The notes under the pieces were generated by a model that did not search any database, was not told the origin of the DNA, and saw nothing but the letters and a program-made list of their open reading frames with translations. A stretch of 64,000 nucleotides of DNA, taken from Camelus ferus. Lineage: Eukaryota. The position numbers were made by a program, and so were the translations under genes. Location of the stretch: the NCBI RefSeq assembly GCF_009834535.1, contig NC_045697.1:95110001-95174000 (forward strand). Direction: 5' to 3'. Positions 12,571 to 24,135 of this stretch are shown piece by piece (position 1 is the first letter of the stretch; the number at the start of each line of letters is the position of its first letter).

Positions 12571-13366
12571 AAGAAGAAGACACTGATGAATGTATCTACA
12601 AAACAGAAACACACTCACAGACGGAAAACAAACGTATGGTTACTGGGGTGGGGGGAAGTGAGTGGGAAGAGATAAACTGGGAATTTGAGATTTGCAGATA
12701 CCAACTACTATATATAAAATAAACAACAAGTTTATACTGTATAGCACAAGGAACTATATTCAGTATCTTCTAGTAACATATAATGATGAAAAAGAATATG
12801 GAAATGAATGTATGTATGTATATGTATGATGAAAATATTATGTTGTGCACCAGATATTGATACATTGTAAACTGATTATACTACAGTAAAAATGTTATTA
12901 AGGAGCACATTGAGTCTGTGAAGATTAAGAGCTATTGAGATATCATTACATTGAGTTGATAAATTTTTGAAAATGTACCTAGATAGTCCTTTCCAAGTGA
13001 TGACTTCTAATGAACATTCATAAACTTCTTCCGTGAAACAAACCTAATACCAACTTAAACATTTATTGATATTTTTTCTCACAATTGTTTTGAACTGACT
13101 AGTCAGTGTTTCTACTATTACACATTTTACTCTATGGTTAACTTATTCTGGCATAGTATAATTCTATCATAAATTTACAAGTATTGTAAGCTTCTTTTTT
13201 CAGCTCTTGGTGGGGGAAATAGACTGTGCATAACATTGACCATAAGAATATTACAAGATATTACATGAAGTTGCTCACTTGTGTGGCAGATATTAGACAG
13301 ATACTAAACATGCTTCCTCTTCTTGGACCAACTTTTAAATATGATCATTTGCTTCTTTGCATACAG

Positions 13367-13407
13367 GTAGTTGTGCAGTTCGTTCTTGCTGTGGCCCATG
13401 TGCAAAA
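13367..13407 (+). other. Candidate 41-nt exon C
   Basis: tttgcttctttgcatacag| acceptor and AAA|gtgagt donor; reads xSCAVRSCCGPCAK (phase 1) or VVVQFVLAVAHVQK (phase 0). Confidence 0.5.
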
Positions 13408-13694
13408 GTGAGTTGCAGTACTCCCGGGCCGAGGTATTTAGGAGAAGGTGTGCTTTGTTCACTTTCTTCTCTTCCCAGCAGCAGAAAAATTAGAGGTTAC
13501 ATGTTAAAAACGGTCAAATACCACAAGGTAGAAAGAACTTGGGTCTCTGAATGAACATGTGAAGCAGGAACCGCTTCCCTGTCATCACCCCTCCCAGAAC
13601 GATTACACTATATTCTGAATGAGCCATAACATTTATGATATTGTCAGTGATAGTTTTATGTATTTCTATGGCAGGTGGCACATCCTGACTAATT

Positions 13695-13762
13695 AACATA
13701 TCATGTAAGCACTTTTCACACTGCCTGGCATCAAATAACCACTTAATAAATGATAGCTGTTA
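13695..13762 (+). mobile_element. MIR 3' tail fragment
   Basis: gtaagcacttttcacactgcctggcatcaaataaccacttaataaatgatagctgtta. Confidence 0.6.
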
Positions 13763-14119
13763 CCAACACTTTTATGTCAGATGATAAAATACAGTCTCTA
13801 CAAAATATGCCTGGAGATAAAAGCATTTTTCTTACCAGCAATGCTACCTTGTTTGGTTTTTACAAAGTAATTATATTTTGAATAAATCTAATTTCGTGCA
13901 ACAAAATCTTGATATACTAAAAGATATATCTACATTACTGATTTTATAATTTGCAATCCACCTGATATGAGTATTTCCAGAATTTCCCAGTTTTCCATTA
14001 TTGTGAGTTTAAAAGACAGCCATATGTCTCTTCTAATGATAGTTAGCTTGATCTATTTCAATAGCCATTATGCTGTATTCCACAGTTTAAAACTTAGTGT
14101 TATTCGGATTTTTTCTTCT

Positions 14120-14186
14120 CATGTTCCTTCATTCATTCAACACATGTTTATTGGGTTACTAGTATATGCTGAACACTCTGCTGGGT
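14120..14186 (-). mobile_element. L2 3' end fragment
   Basis: ttcattcattcaacacatgtttattgggttactagtatatgctgaacactctgctggg. Confidence 0.65.
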
Positions 14187-14289
14187 TTCTTTCCATGATG
14201 GATGCTGTTCTTTGCATACCACAGAGTAGCCCTTGCTTCATTTGTCAGATGAATACATATTAAGATGTATTTTTCTCTTTCACATACAG

Positions 14290-14319
14290 GAGGACACTGG
14301 CCCAGGGTATTCCAAACAG
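14290..14319 (+). other. Candidate 30-nt exon D
   Basis: tttttctctttcacatacag| acceptor and CAG|gtagtt donor; open in all three frames (EDTGPGYSKQ / GHWPRVFQT / RTLAQGIPN). Confidence 0.5.
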
Positions 14320-16566
14320 GTAGTTTGCATATTATTGTCTTAATATCCTCTTTATTTAGTTTTTTTATTGAAAATTGTGAATGATACTAAATAATCTACA
14401 GTCTGGCTTATTGTATGGTGAAAAGTGATGGTTAGGAAAGCTTGGATGAATAAAAAGTAAATATCTCTCTGATTCAGAGTACACAAAACAGTAGAAATTG
14501 CCCAGCTGAGCCATGAGTGCAGTGTCTAATCAAGTGTCACCACATTTTATCAACTCATTTTTGAGACTGCACAATTAACCCTCATGTAGATAATCATTGG
14601 TATAATATTTTTTATTATTTATTAAGGAGATAGGAAAAATAGAAATCACTGATACTTGGAAGCAAATGTGCTCTTCTCAGAAAAATAAATAAATAAAAAG
14701 ATAAATAAGTAAATAGAATAAGATTTAGGAGAAATAAAAGAGCTATTAAAACCTCACGTACCCCCAAATTGAGGGAGCATATAATCCTAAATATACTACT
14801 AATTTTAAGATAAGTTTAAGATAAAGGCACCTACATTTCTACCTGAAAGTTTTAAAAATACATGATTTTGTTTGAATTTTCTAATACTTGCCAGGATCTA
14901 GGTAAGCTAGAGTTATTCATCTTTTCAATGGCAGTGACAAAGAAAACCAATCTTTATCACTGAAATATTCATCATCATAAAACATAGCATACTTTTTTTG
15001 GTGCGATAAAGAGTCACAGAACATATGAATAGACGGCTGATTGTAATTGGAATGGCTGATGTAGTATCCAGTTAAAGAACCTAGGAGCATATTTTACTAA
15101 TACCAGAAGACAACTTTTAAAAATACATACTATTAACTTCATTTGAATAAATCTTGCTACAGACATGGGGCATATGGTTTATAGTTAATTTAAATTATAT
15201 AATCTTAAATAATTAAGTTAAAATGTTATTAATAATTTGGGAATTGATAGTTAGATTTGATAAACGATCCATATGTCTCAGAGTGAAGAAATTTTAACTG
15301 AAGAGAATACTTGTATGTAGGGCAATTTTATGTCTTTCCTTTGTTATGAAAGATGTCATGAACTAATGAAATGATGTGTTCCTGCCTGGGATTGAGTACA
15401 GGAAAATAAAACAAAATAAATAAGTACTGTAGTTAGAATGATTTTAGAAGTTGTGATTCCATAGTCAAATAAAACTTAAAAAGATAGTAATAATTAGCTT
15501 TTATGTTAATATCTAATATGCGAGAATTTTGCACATTTTAAGAGCCAAAAAACCCTATAAAAATACATTCAAGTTATTTAATCACTCAATTAAGAGGTTA
15601 CAAATATAAGTTAGTATAATATATGGACAAAGACTATGTAATCACCTTTGGTTTACAGAGTCATTGGCATAATGAACACAAATGGGCTATCTGTGCATAT
15701 CACTGTAATAGACAAGAAGCCAATCATTATTTTGAATAAACCTACACTAGTGTTGAGAGCTTGACCAACAGAGATGGTCATCCTGATGATTTTGAAGTGT
15801 ATAGTTACTTCCTTAGTGGACAATCAACTTCTAACTGAAAGGATATTTAGAATTAAATTTAGAAAAGTTTAAGTGAATCATACCTACAGCATTGATATTT
15901 TTGAAATATGTAATATTTAAAATATTTATAATGTTTAACAAAATTTAGTGTATTAAGAGTAAAAAAACATAATTCCAACTCAAAATAATTAATTTTAATT
16001 TAAAATAAATAATTTCATACTTGATTTAGACTTGAATTCTAAGTTGAAATCTTACTAAACTTACATACAATATTAAAATATTCCAGAGGATTTCAGATCA
16101 TATCTGTATTGGGGTTTTTGAAGAATGCACATTTTGCTGTGGAAAACTATCATGAAATAGATAATTAAATACAAATTTATAACATCTAAAAGCATTTCTT
16201 GCTACTGGTTTATACGATTTCTTGTTTTAGTCTGTTTTTTATTTATCAATAGTTTAATTTGGTACATGGTTCACTTAAGAAATGTTGACGCATTTGATAT
16301 AATTTATTCCAAATAAAGGAAGGTGTAGAAAAGCATTTGATGTGAGTACTTCCAACCTGAATATAATGCTATAAAATTAGCATTTCTGTCTCTGTTTCAA
16401 AGTAACAAGAAAAATGAAAAACAGATTTCAGAGACAGTTAAAATCTAGATATCCCTGAAGAGGATTATGGCTACCAAACTAGTGGAGATTAGTCATGAAG
16501 CATGCAGGAGAAAGTAAGAGACAGAATAAAACCTATACATGTGATTCATATATGGAAGAGCCATTA

Positions 16567-16819
16567 CAGAGGTAACACTTGAACAATGTGAGTTTGAACT
16601 AAGTGGGTCCACTTATACCACTGGAATTGTTTTCAATGCTAAACACTACCATACTACATGAATTAGAGTTGATTGAACTTGTACATGTGGAAACAGTGAT
16701 ATGGAGGAACTTCTGATATGGAGGAATCACTCTACAAAGAACAGGCAGCAAATTATACAGATTTTTGGCTGCACAGAGTGTCAGTGACCTTAACCTCCAC
16801 ATCGTTCAAGGGTCAACTA
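16567..16819. mobile_element. Tigger2-type (TcMar) non-autonomous DNA transposon
   Basis: Left end ...cacttgaacaatgtgagtttgaactaagtgggtccacttata and right end atcgttcaagggtcaacta are degenerate TIRs of the CAGTTGACCCTTGAACAA type; TA flanks. Confidence 0.8.
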
Positions 16820-16969
16820 TAAACATAAAGATGAATGACATACCATGAACTAAAAACCTAAGTTCCTAGTCTGCGTTAACAGGAATGTAGATATAGCAGC
16901 CTGTGGCAAGGGCTTCTCTGGACCCAAAGTGCAAGAGGCAGTAGAGACAGGCTAAATATCATTGAGCTG

Positions 16970-17410
16970 TGTATTAGTATATGTATTCCTAGTCTCCTTT
17001 ACTCTTCTTCCTCACTTCCTTTGTTTCTGGAAGGCTGACACTTTTGTTCTGAATCAGCAGGATACGTTTGTCTTCTGTGATAAATAAGGTTGGGCTCATG
17101 GGAGGAAATAGTGGGGCCTCCAATGGAAGTGGGAGCGGGAGTTTGAGTATTTAGTATCCCAGTCCTCTCCGTAACAGACCAGTTTAATCTATTAAAGGTT
17201 ACAGCTTCCATCAGGAAGCTCACTATCATAAGGCTCTTCTCCCATTAGGAATGAAGGTGCTCTTGCTAGTCCTGAGTTGCCTTAGCTACTCTTGTTGAGT
17301 CCCCTAACAACCCCTATGCTTGTAAATATTTTCACACACCCTTGTAAATACCGTCTTCATATATACATTTGAGTATTCCATCTTTTCGTTTTCAACCTCC
17401 AATGATTCTA
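16970..17410 (+). mobile_element. Degenerate ERVL-class LTR upstream of the gag relic
   Basis: Ends ...gagtattccatcttttcgttttcaacctccaatgattcta, like old ERVL LTR termini, and is directly followed by ERVL internal sequence; 5' boundary uncertain. Confidence 0.4.
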
Positions 17411-18430
17411 TAATTTATACCAGAAATAATTTTGAACATAGATCCTAAGAGTGGGATTTAGGAATTGAGATACTCACATATTTGAGGGATTTGGGGTCTT
17501 TGAAGAATGGGATGGAAACACTGAGAGGTACCAGATAGGACTGAGAATCCCCAATAATCCCTGAATACTACTTGTTGAGAAAAGCATGTCCTATGTCCCA
17601 TCTGAGTTTTTCCATGCATGAATACATTTTAATGACTTTGAAGCAGTTGTCTCACAAAGAGACGTCAGTTGCCTTTAATACATATTCATTGTCTTTAAAA
17701 TATATAAAAATTAAATTTCAGCATAACCTGGTCCAGAAGAAGATGTCTATATTTTGAAAGAGTTGCAAAATCTTAACAATTTGTGATGGCAGGGGTCTCC
17801 GGATCATGTAGAAGAGTGGATGTTAAAATAATTAGACTAATGAAGAGGAAGGAAAGTTTTCTCTGTTAGTGGTATGGAACTCAATATGTTGGCTTAAAAA
17901 TCTGTGAGTGACATTAAGAGTGTCTAGGCTGGTTATTTGAAGCTGGAATCAAAACTGAGTCCAGTGTATGCTCAGGAACCTTACACACAACTATATTCCA
18001 CAGTAGGGTCTGAAATACATTTCCTTCAGCAGTAGAAATGCTGAAGAAACTAAGAAATGCATTAGAGGAAAGGAAGAGGGACGTGCATCATCATCTCTGA
18101 AAATCTCTGGGTTTATTATTTTTTCTTTCTAGGCTAGAGATGACTCTAGGAGATGTTGCAAATGAAATTGGGCCCCCTGCTTTCAATGGAAATAATGAGC
18201 ATTCTGAACACTTTGAAGTCAGTTGGTAGCACTTAACCTTCAGAGAGCCCAGTAGAATCAATGGTGGGTGAAATGATCATAACCAGGCCACAGGGACAGA
18301 TTAGTAAACAGTGTTTTGATCAGCAGAGAATTGTGGAGAAGGCTAATTGATTATAGGGTCTTTAGGATTGAAACAGATGGGGAGCCTACAAAAATGCTGT
18401 TTGGAATGTACAATTAGAGAAATTCCTAGG
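17411..18430 (+). mobile_element. ERVL internal region, gag relic
   Basis: 18316-18417 translates LISRELWRRLIDYRVFRIETDGEPTKMLFGMYN*, resembling the ERVL Gag C-terminus (LT.RDLW.WLIDHGVPR.EIDGQPTK.LL); further Gag-like pieces near 17930 (LGWLFEA) and 18140-18240. Confidence 0.7.
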
Positions 18431-18460
18431 CTGGTGTGAAGAATTCTAAGTCAGCATACC

Positions 18461-18506
18461 CACATGCACACATGCACACATGCACACATGCACACACACA
18501 CACACA
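18461..18506. repeat. (CACACATG)n/(CA)n microsatellite
   Basis: cacatgcacacatgcacacatgcacacatgcacacacacacacaca. Confidence 0.9.
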
Positions 18507-19129
18507 TCCTTAATAAATTAGGAATAAATAAATACATCCTCAGTAATTAAAAAAACAACAATAACAACAGCAAATTTGTCTATATCTACTTCACCTAAAA
18601 AGCCAGTGTTGCTTTACTAAGCGAACACAAGCATCATCCTCACAAAACTGTATACTATCAATAAACTAATATTATTCTGAAATTACTAGTTAATCTGTTT
18701 AGATCAGAGAAAGAAATGAAAAATATGAAACATGGATAAGAAATATTTTTTAATTCTGCGTAAGATATGCTAATACACTTGGAAAATGGGATTATACCAA
18801 TTTCTGTTACAAAAGTAGAGTATGTATGAAACAATAGGACAAAATGTAATTAATCACTAACTTTATACACACAACACAGATAATAAAATAATTCATTTCA
18901 AAAGCAATAGAAATATATATCAAAATTAATTCAGAATGAATATTAAAATCTACCTGAAGACATTCTTAAGGGGCATAAAATAACCTTGGAAGAAATGGAA
19001 AGGTATTTGACAGACATTCAAAATTAAAAAAAAAATTCATTGTTTTCTTTAAATATATTCACGCACTTAAGGTGATATCAATAAAAATATCAACAGGTGA
19101 TTTTTGTGCTTGTTGTTTCACTATATACA

Positions 19130-19672
19130 TTTTTATTAAAGTATAATTGATTTACAATTCTGTGTTAGTTTTAGTTGTACAAAAGTTATTCAAGTATATA
19201 TATTTCTTATTATTTTCTAGTATAGGTAATTATAAGATATCGAATATAGTTCTCTGCGTTATACAGTAAACCCTTGTTGCTTATCTATTTTTATGTATAG
19301 TAGTTTATATCTGTTAATTCCACACTCCTAATTTATCCCTCCCCATTCTTTCCCCTTTGGTAACCGTAAGTTTTTTTCCTATGTTTGTGAGTCTGTTTCT
19401 GTTTTGTATGTAGATCCATTTATATTACTTTTTAGATTCCATATATAAGTGATATCATGTAATATTTATCTTTCTCTCCGTGACTTACCTCACTAAGTAT
19501 GTTATTTTTTTAGATCCATTCATTTGGCTGTAAATGTCAATATTTTATCTTTTTATGGCTGAGTAATATTCCATTATATATATTTGTATGTGTATATAGA
19601 CACATCTTCTTAAACCAATAATCTGTTGATGGGCTCTTGGATTGTTTCCATGTCTTGGCTATTGTAAACAGT
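19130..19672 (-). mobile_element. 5'-truncated L1 (3'UTR) nested in the older L1
   Basis: ttttattaaagtataattgatttacaattctgtgttagttttag...tttatggctgagtaatattccatt...ttccatgtcttggctattgtaaaca. Confidence 0.85.
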
Positions 19673-20904
19673 ATACTTGTTAGTATTTTTAATAGGAAAT
19701 AGATGATCTAATTCCAGGCTTATATGGAAAGCTAACTTGCAACAGTAATCATGAACATTTTAAAAAGAAGAGAAATAATTGAAGACTAACCTTACTTGTT
19801 AAATCACGGTACAAAATCAGTATAGCTAATAAAGTGTGGTTTTGATGTACACATATCAATGAAAAGAATGGATATTGAAGAAAATATATATTTGATAATT
19901 AAATATATAGTAAAGATGGCATTTCAACTTATGTTAGGAGATGGATTATTCAATAAATTATGTTGGAAAATCTGGGTACCCCACATAGGGAAAGCACAAT
20001 TTTGGAACTTTTATCCAAAATTACATCAGGATATGGTATATTCCAAATAAATCAAAGACTTAACTAAAAATTCTGAAGCAATACAAGTGGTGGAAAAAGA
20101 CTTGGAAAACTTTTTCAGAAACAAAGTAGGAAAAGTGTGTCTCAACATGAAACAAAAGTATCAGACATTATAAAAGAAATAATTGATAAATTTGCTATAT
20201 AAGATAAAAATTATGAAAAAATTTTAATTAAAGTTTAAAAACCCTAATTCTTGGGAAAATATATTTGCAGCTCATCTGAAAGGCAGTAGTTAATTAACAT
20301 ATCTTTCTACTAATGGATGAGAAAAAGGCAAATAATCATATTTTAAATAATTCATAGGTGAATGAACAAGGCTCTTAAGGATAAAAAGAAGCTAAATCTC
20401 TCAAAATTACAGAACTTAAAGAGTGCACATAAATATAATTTCAATGATAAGATTGACAAAAATTCAAGTTTGCTAACAACTGTATTATCAAAGTTATTAG
20501 ATAAATATATATTCTTATAAATTGTGGGTAAATATACAGATTGATAAAATACTTAGAAAGGGCAATTTTGAAAACATTTTTGAAGATTTTAATTACACCT
20601 ACTCTCTGATCCTGAAATTCTTTTCTGAATATATCCTATAGATATGTGGCCATGAATCAGAGAAGGAATGTAGGAAAAATGTACTCAACATTTTTCAAAA
20701 ACAGTCACAAAGTATTGAACCTAACTTTAATATCCATTAATGGTAAGTCCACTAATAAAACATTAATGATCCACAATGATCATATGTTATTGTATACACA
20801 ATGCTATAGGTTAGACAGGTTAGAAAGAATAAGGAAACTATTTTGAATAGTATCAAAACACTGTACACATATAAAGTATATCAACATATTAAGCACAAAT
20901 CAAT

Positions 20905-21213
20905 GCAGTGGTTAATAAACCACTGCAGATCTTTGTGGCTTAAAATAACAATTGTATTTCATTCCCACTTTTATGGACTCAAGAATTTGGTAGAGATTTG
21001 CTGGGCTCTGTGTCTTAGAGTCTCCTGACCTCTGGACTTTCCCCAGAGTAAACCAGCTGGATGCTGAATGACCTTTTCTGACCTAAATTCAGAAATTAAT
21101 TACATATGTGTCACTAAGGTCTGTTTTCGTTCAAAGGAAAGAGGTTACAGACCCCTGCTGTTGATGGAAAGAGTTTCAAAGTATTTGCAGACATATGTTA
21201 AAATTGTCATACA
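20905..21213 (-). mobile_element. MLT1-type (MaLR) LTR fragment
   Basis: gtggcttaaaataacaatt...ggactcaagaatttgg...gaggttacagacccctgctgttgatggaaagagtttcaaagtatttgcagacatatgttaaaattgtcataca. Confidence 0.7.
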
Positions 21214-21611
21214 CTGTATGTAAAGAAAAGAAAATGTCTCCTACCTGTATTAAGTGAAAAGAAGGGAGAAAACATAGATATAGTACAATATTTCTTATGG
21301 TTAATGGGGGAACATATATTATGCATATGTTTCTACATGCAAAATTCATTAGTTACTAATTAGAAATTAGTAACAGTTGATGCCTTTGGGAATGGATAGA
21401 ATGACTAAGAGACGTTTGGAAAGATTATGTTACTCTGTAATGCTTCATGTAGTTTGAAAACTATCTTTTTCAAAAATTCAACGGAAACATAAGACAGTTT
21501 TGTAAAGTGGGGATAAATACATTAGGAAAGAAATGTTAACCGATATTAGATACAAAATAATGTTTGATATTCCGTGCTTAGAACATTTTTAAGACCATTT
21601 CCGTTATTTGG

Positions 21612-22180
21612 GGTTTATTTTATATACAGTATAATTCACATCAATAAAGTGTTACAGCTGGATGAATATTAACCTATGTATACAACCATGAAATCACTGT
21701 GCAGATTAAGATATAGATCATTTCTGGCACCTCCTAAAGTTATATTCCTTCCCAGTTCATTGCTTTCCCCCTGCTTCCCATCCCATAGAGGCATCTACTG
21801 TTTTGATTTATTTCACTCTAGCTGGTTTACCTGATTTAGGCATTCATGTATATGGACTCATACAATATGACTTTTGATCAGCATAGTGGTTTTGACTCAT
21901 CCATGTAATTGCATATATCAATTATTTGTTTCTATCTGTTGCTGACTAGAAATACATTTGTATAAATACAAAAATTTTAGCCATTCTCTTGTTGGTGGAC
22001 AGTTAGTATATTTCCAGTTTTTTAGCATTATGAGAAAAGTTGCTTTAAATACTCTAATTCAGTTGTGTATATATACATATGTTTTCAGCTCTCTGAGAAA
22101 ATACAAAAGAGTGGAAATGCTATGACATTAAATTTATTAAATTATGCCATGCTAACTTTTATCAACAGTGTACAAGAATT
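21612..22180 (-). mobile_element. Old L1 3' fragment (L1M-class)
   Basis: tacagtataattcac...ttacagctggatgaat...gactcatccatgtaattgc...ccattctcttgttggtggacag...gagtggaaatgct. Confidence 0.75.
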
Positions 22181-22310
22181 CTAATAAAGAATATTTTAAA
22201 GTTATTTTAATTAGAGAAAAATATTTGACAACTCTAATGCCACATTCTCATTATTTGTATAATGGAAGTAATACTATATGTATTTATAGAATTTCTCAAA
22301 TAAGTTAAGA

Positions 22311-22346
22311 ATCTTTCCTTTCCTTCCTTCTTTCCTTCTTTCCTCC
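22311..22346. repeat. (TTCC)n-like pyrimidine tract
   Basis: atctttcctttccttccttctttccttctttcctcc. Confidence 0.8.
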
Positions 22347-23879
22347 TGTCATCTGGGTAAAAATGGGTGACAAAGCATAAGCTTATGTGTGTGAGTTGTT
22401 TGTTTCTCCTAGGTGAAAACAATTAAGTAGTATAAAGTAGACAAGCTCTTGGATCTTTAAGAATTACCAGTGAGTTTATTAAACTGATTATTTACAGGCC
22501 ACTGGGAATCATCGACAAGCTGTAAGCACAGAGGCAGTCCAAATAATCCATTTTTGCACTTTCAGATACACTGTTTAAGAATCTAATCACTTAAAGATTT
22601 TAATATAACAATCAAATAACATTTGACCTATATCTGAATTTATAATTAGAAAGTATTCAAAATTTTTAAGAATAGAGACTGCACATTATTTAGAAATAGT
22701 AAGAAGTCTTTTTTTTTTTTTTCCTGTTAAATATAGAATAGTTCTAATAAAACATCATGGAGCTTTTTAAGATCACACATTTACACACATTCATCTAAAA
22801 TTAAGCTGAAGCTATTTTACAGAATTAATACAAGGAACATTGCATTATTGATTCTAACTCCTTTGGAATTTAATGCATATTAACCTTTAATAACAGGTAT
22901 ACAATTAATCAATCTAATGCATGAGTCATTGGATAAAAAAATCACTGATTTTTTTTTTTACTTGTATAATCAACCTTATTTTATTTTGATAAAGTTTAGG
23001 CTGGTGTTAAAAGTTAAAATAAAAATAGGGAGATTTTTTTCTTTGATTCCCTGCTCAACATGTACTCATAAAATAGGAACAGATCTGAGACACAAGAAAA
23101 TCTTCCTAATCAATAAATTGAATTTGGATTGCATGCTTGTGGCTTTCAAAATCTTTGAAATCCAGATTTTTTTCTTGTATGTCATTGTTTAGAAACAGTT
23201 ACTGAATTTCTTTATAATACTTTTCTAAATGGCTGGAAAAGTTACAAACTGAGTTCTGACATGAAGGGCATTGAAGGAAGTTTTTAGGGATAAGGTTCAC
23301 TATACATCATGTGTCTTGAGGAATCCTTATTGTTATAGCAAACTTGCATGAACATATACCCTCAAACATGTTAACTGATTAACAGATATGTGCTGGAAAG
23401 AAGAAAGGACAGAAAAAGAGAGGGAGGAAGAAATGAATAAACTCAGGCTAATTTTTGGATTAAAAATTGTATTTATTTCAATATGAAAACACTGACAAGT
23501 TTAAAAAATATATAGGGACTTTTCTTTCCTTTCAATTTTTGTTATCTTAAGAATCTTTTGCATGTAAAGTATATTTCTTGTAAATCAAGTTACTATAAAA
23601 CCTAAAATCAAAAGTATCGGTACCCTTTCTATACGATTAGAGTTAGGAAGCCTTTCAACTCTACACATTTAGATACCATAAAGAATGAGATCAAAATTTG
23701 TCCATAAACTGCTGACCTTATGCTTTAAAAAATCATTTAAAAATCAAGAAAATTTAAAGTTATATGATGAAAATAAAGTTAATTTCAGAGAAAAATGAAT
23801 TAAATTAACCCTAACCATAGAAATTAAATTTTTAAAACTGCAAAGTAGAACAATAATGAAATATCATATAAGGTTTTCA

Positions 23880-24135
23880 AGAGTTAGGAATTCAGGGATC
23901 ACTTTATACTGCTAATGGGAGTATAAATTGATACAGTCTTGACAGGCAACTTGCTGATATCTATCCCAGTTTTAACGGACATGTCTTTTGATTCAAGAAT
24001 GCCATACATATGCCAAAAGTCTATTTTCACCATGAGATTATTAGTATATGCAAAAAACTAGAAATACCAAAATCCCTATCTATAAAGCCTAGTTAAATAA
24101 ACATACCAAAAACATATAAATGAATAATATGTTTA
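23880..24135 (+). mobile_element. Old L1 fragment (ORF2 end)
   Basis: cactttatactgctaatgggagtataaattgatacag...gcaaaaaactagaaataccaaaatccctatc. Confidence 0.55.

Larger units (their letters stand above)
5802..12888 (+). mobile_element. Full-length LINE-1 (~7.1 kb), inactivated; cetartiodactyl/camelid-type
   Basis: 5' start gggagattgccaagataggggagtagaagg, GC-rich 5'UTR, ORF1 and ORF2 remnants ([54 protein letters not shown]), 3' end acattgtaaactgattatactacagtaaa. TSD aaaatattatt (5791-5801) / aaaatgttatt (12889-12899) at a T/AAAA endonuclease-type site. Confidence 0.95.
18720..21480 (+). mobile_element. Ancient L1 (L1ME-like) ORF2 3' part and 3'UTR, interrupted by a younger L1 and an MLT1
   Basis: Degenerate ORF2 text (gaaatggaaagg; atcaataaaaatatcaacagg; ggattattcaataaattatgttggaaaatctgg; gggaaaatatatttgca) continues across the inserts at 19130-19672 and 20905-21213. 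Confidence 0.65.

Noticed and set aside
9926..12722. ORF2 fragments as an active retrotransposon or host gene
   Set aside because: Multiple stops and frameshifts, and a destroyed RT catalytic motif
13367..13407. GSCAVRSC resemblance to the Wnt SGSCAVRTCW motif
   Set aside because: No flanking Wnt motifs (CKCHG, CW), and the exon size is unlike Wnt genes; likely coincidence
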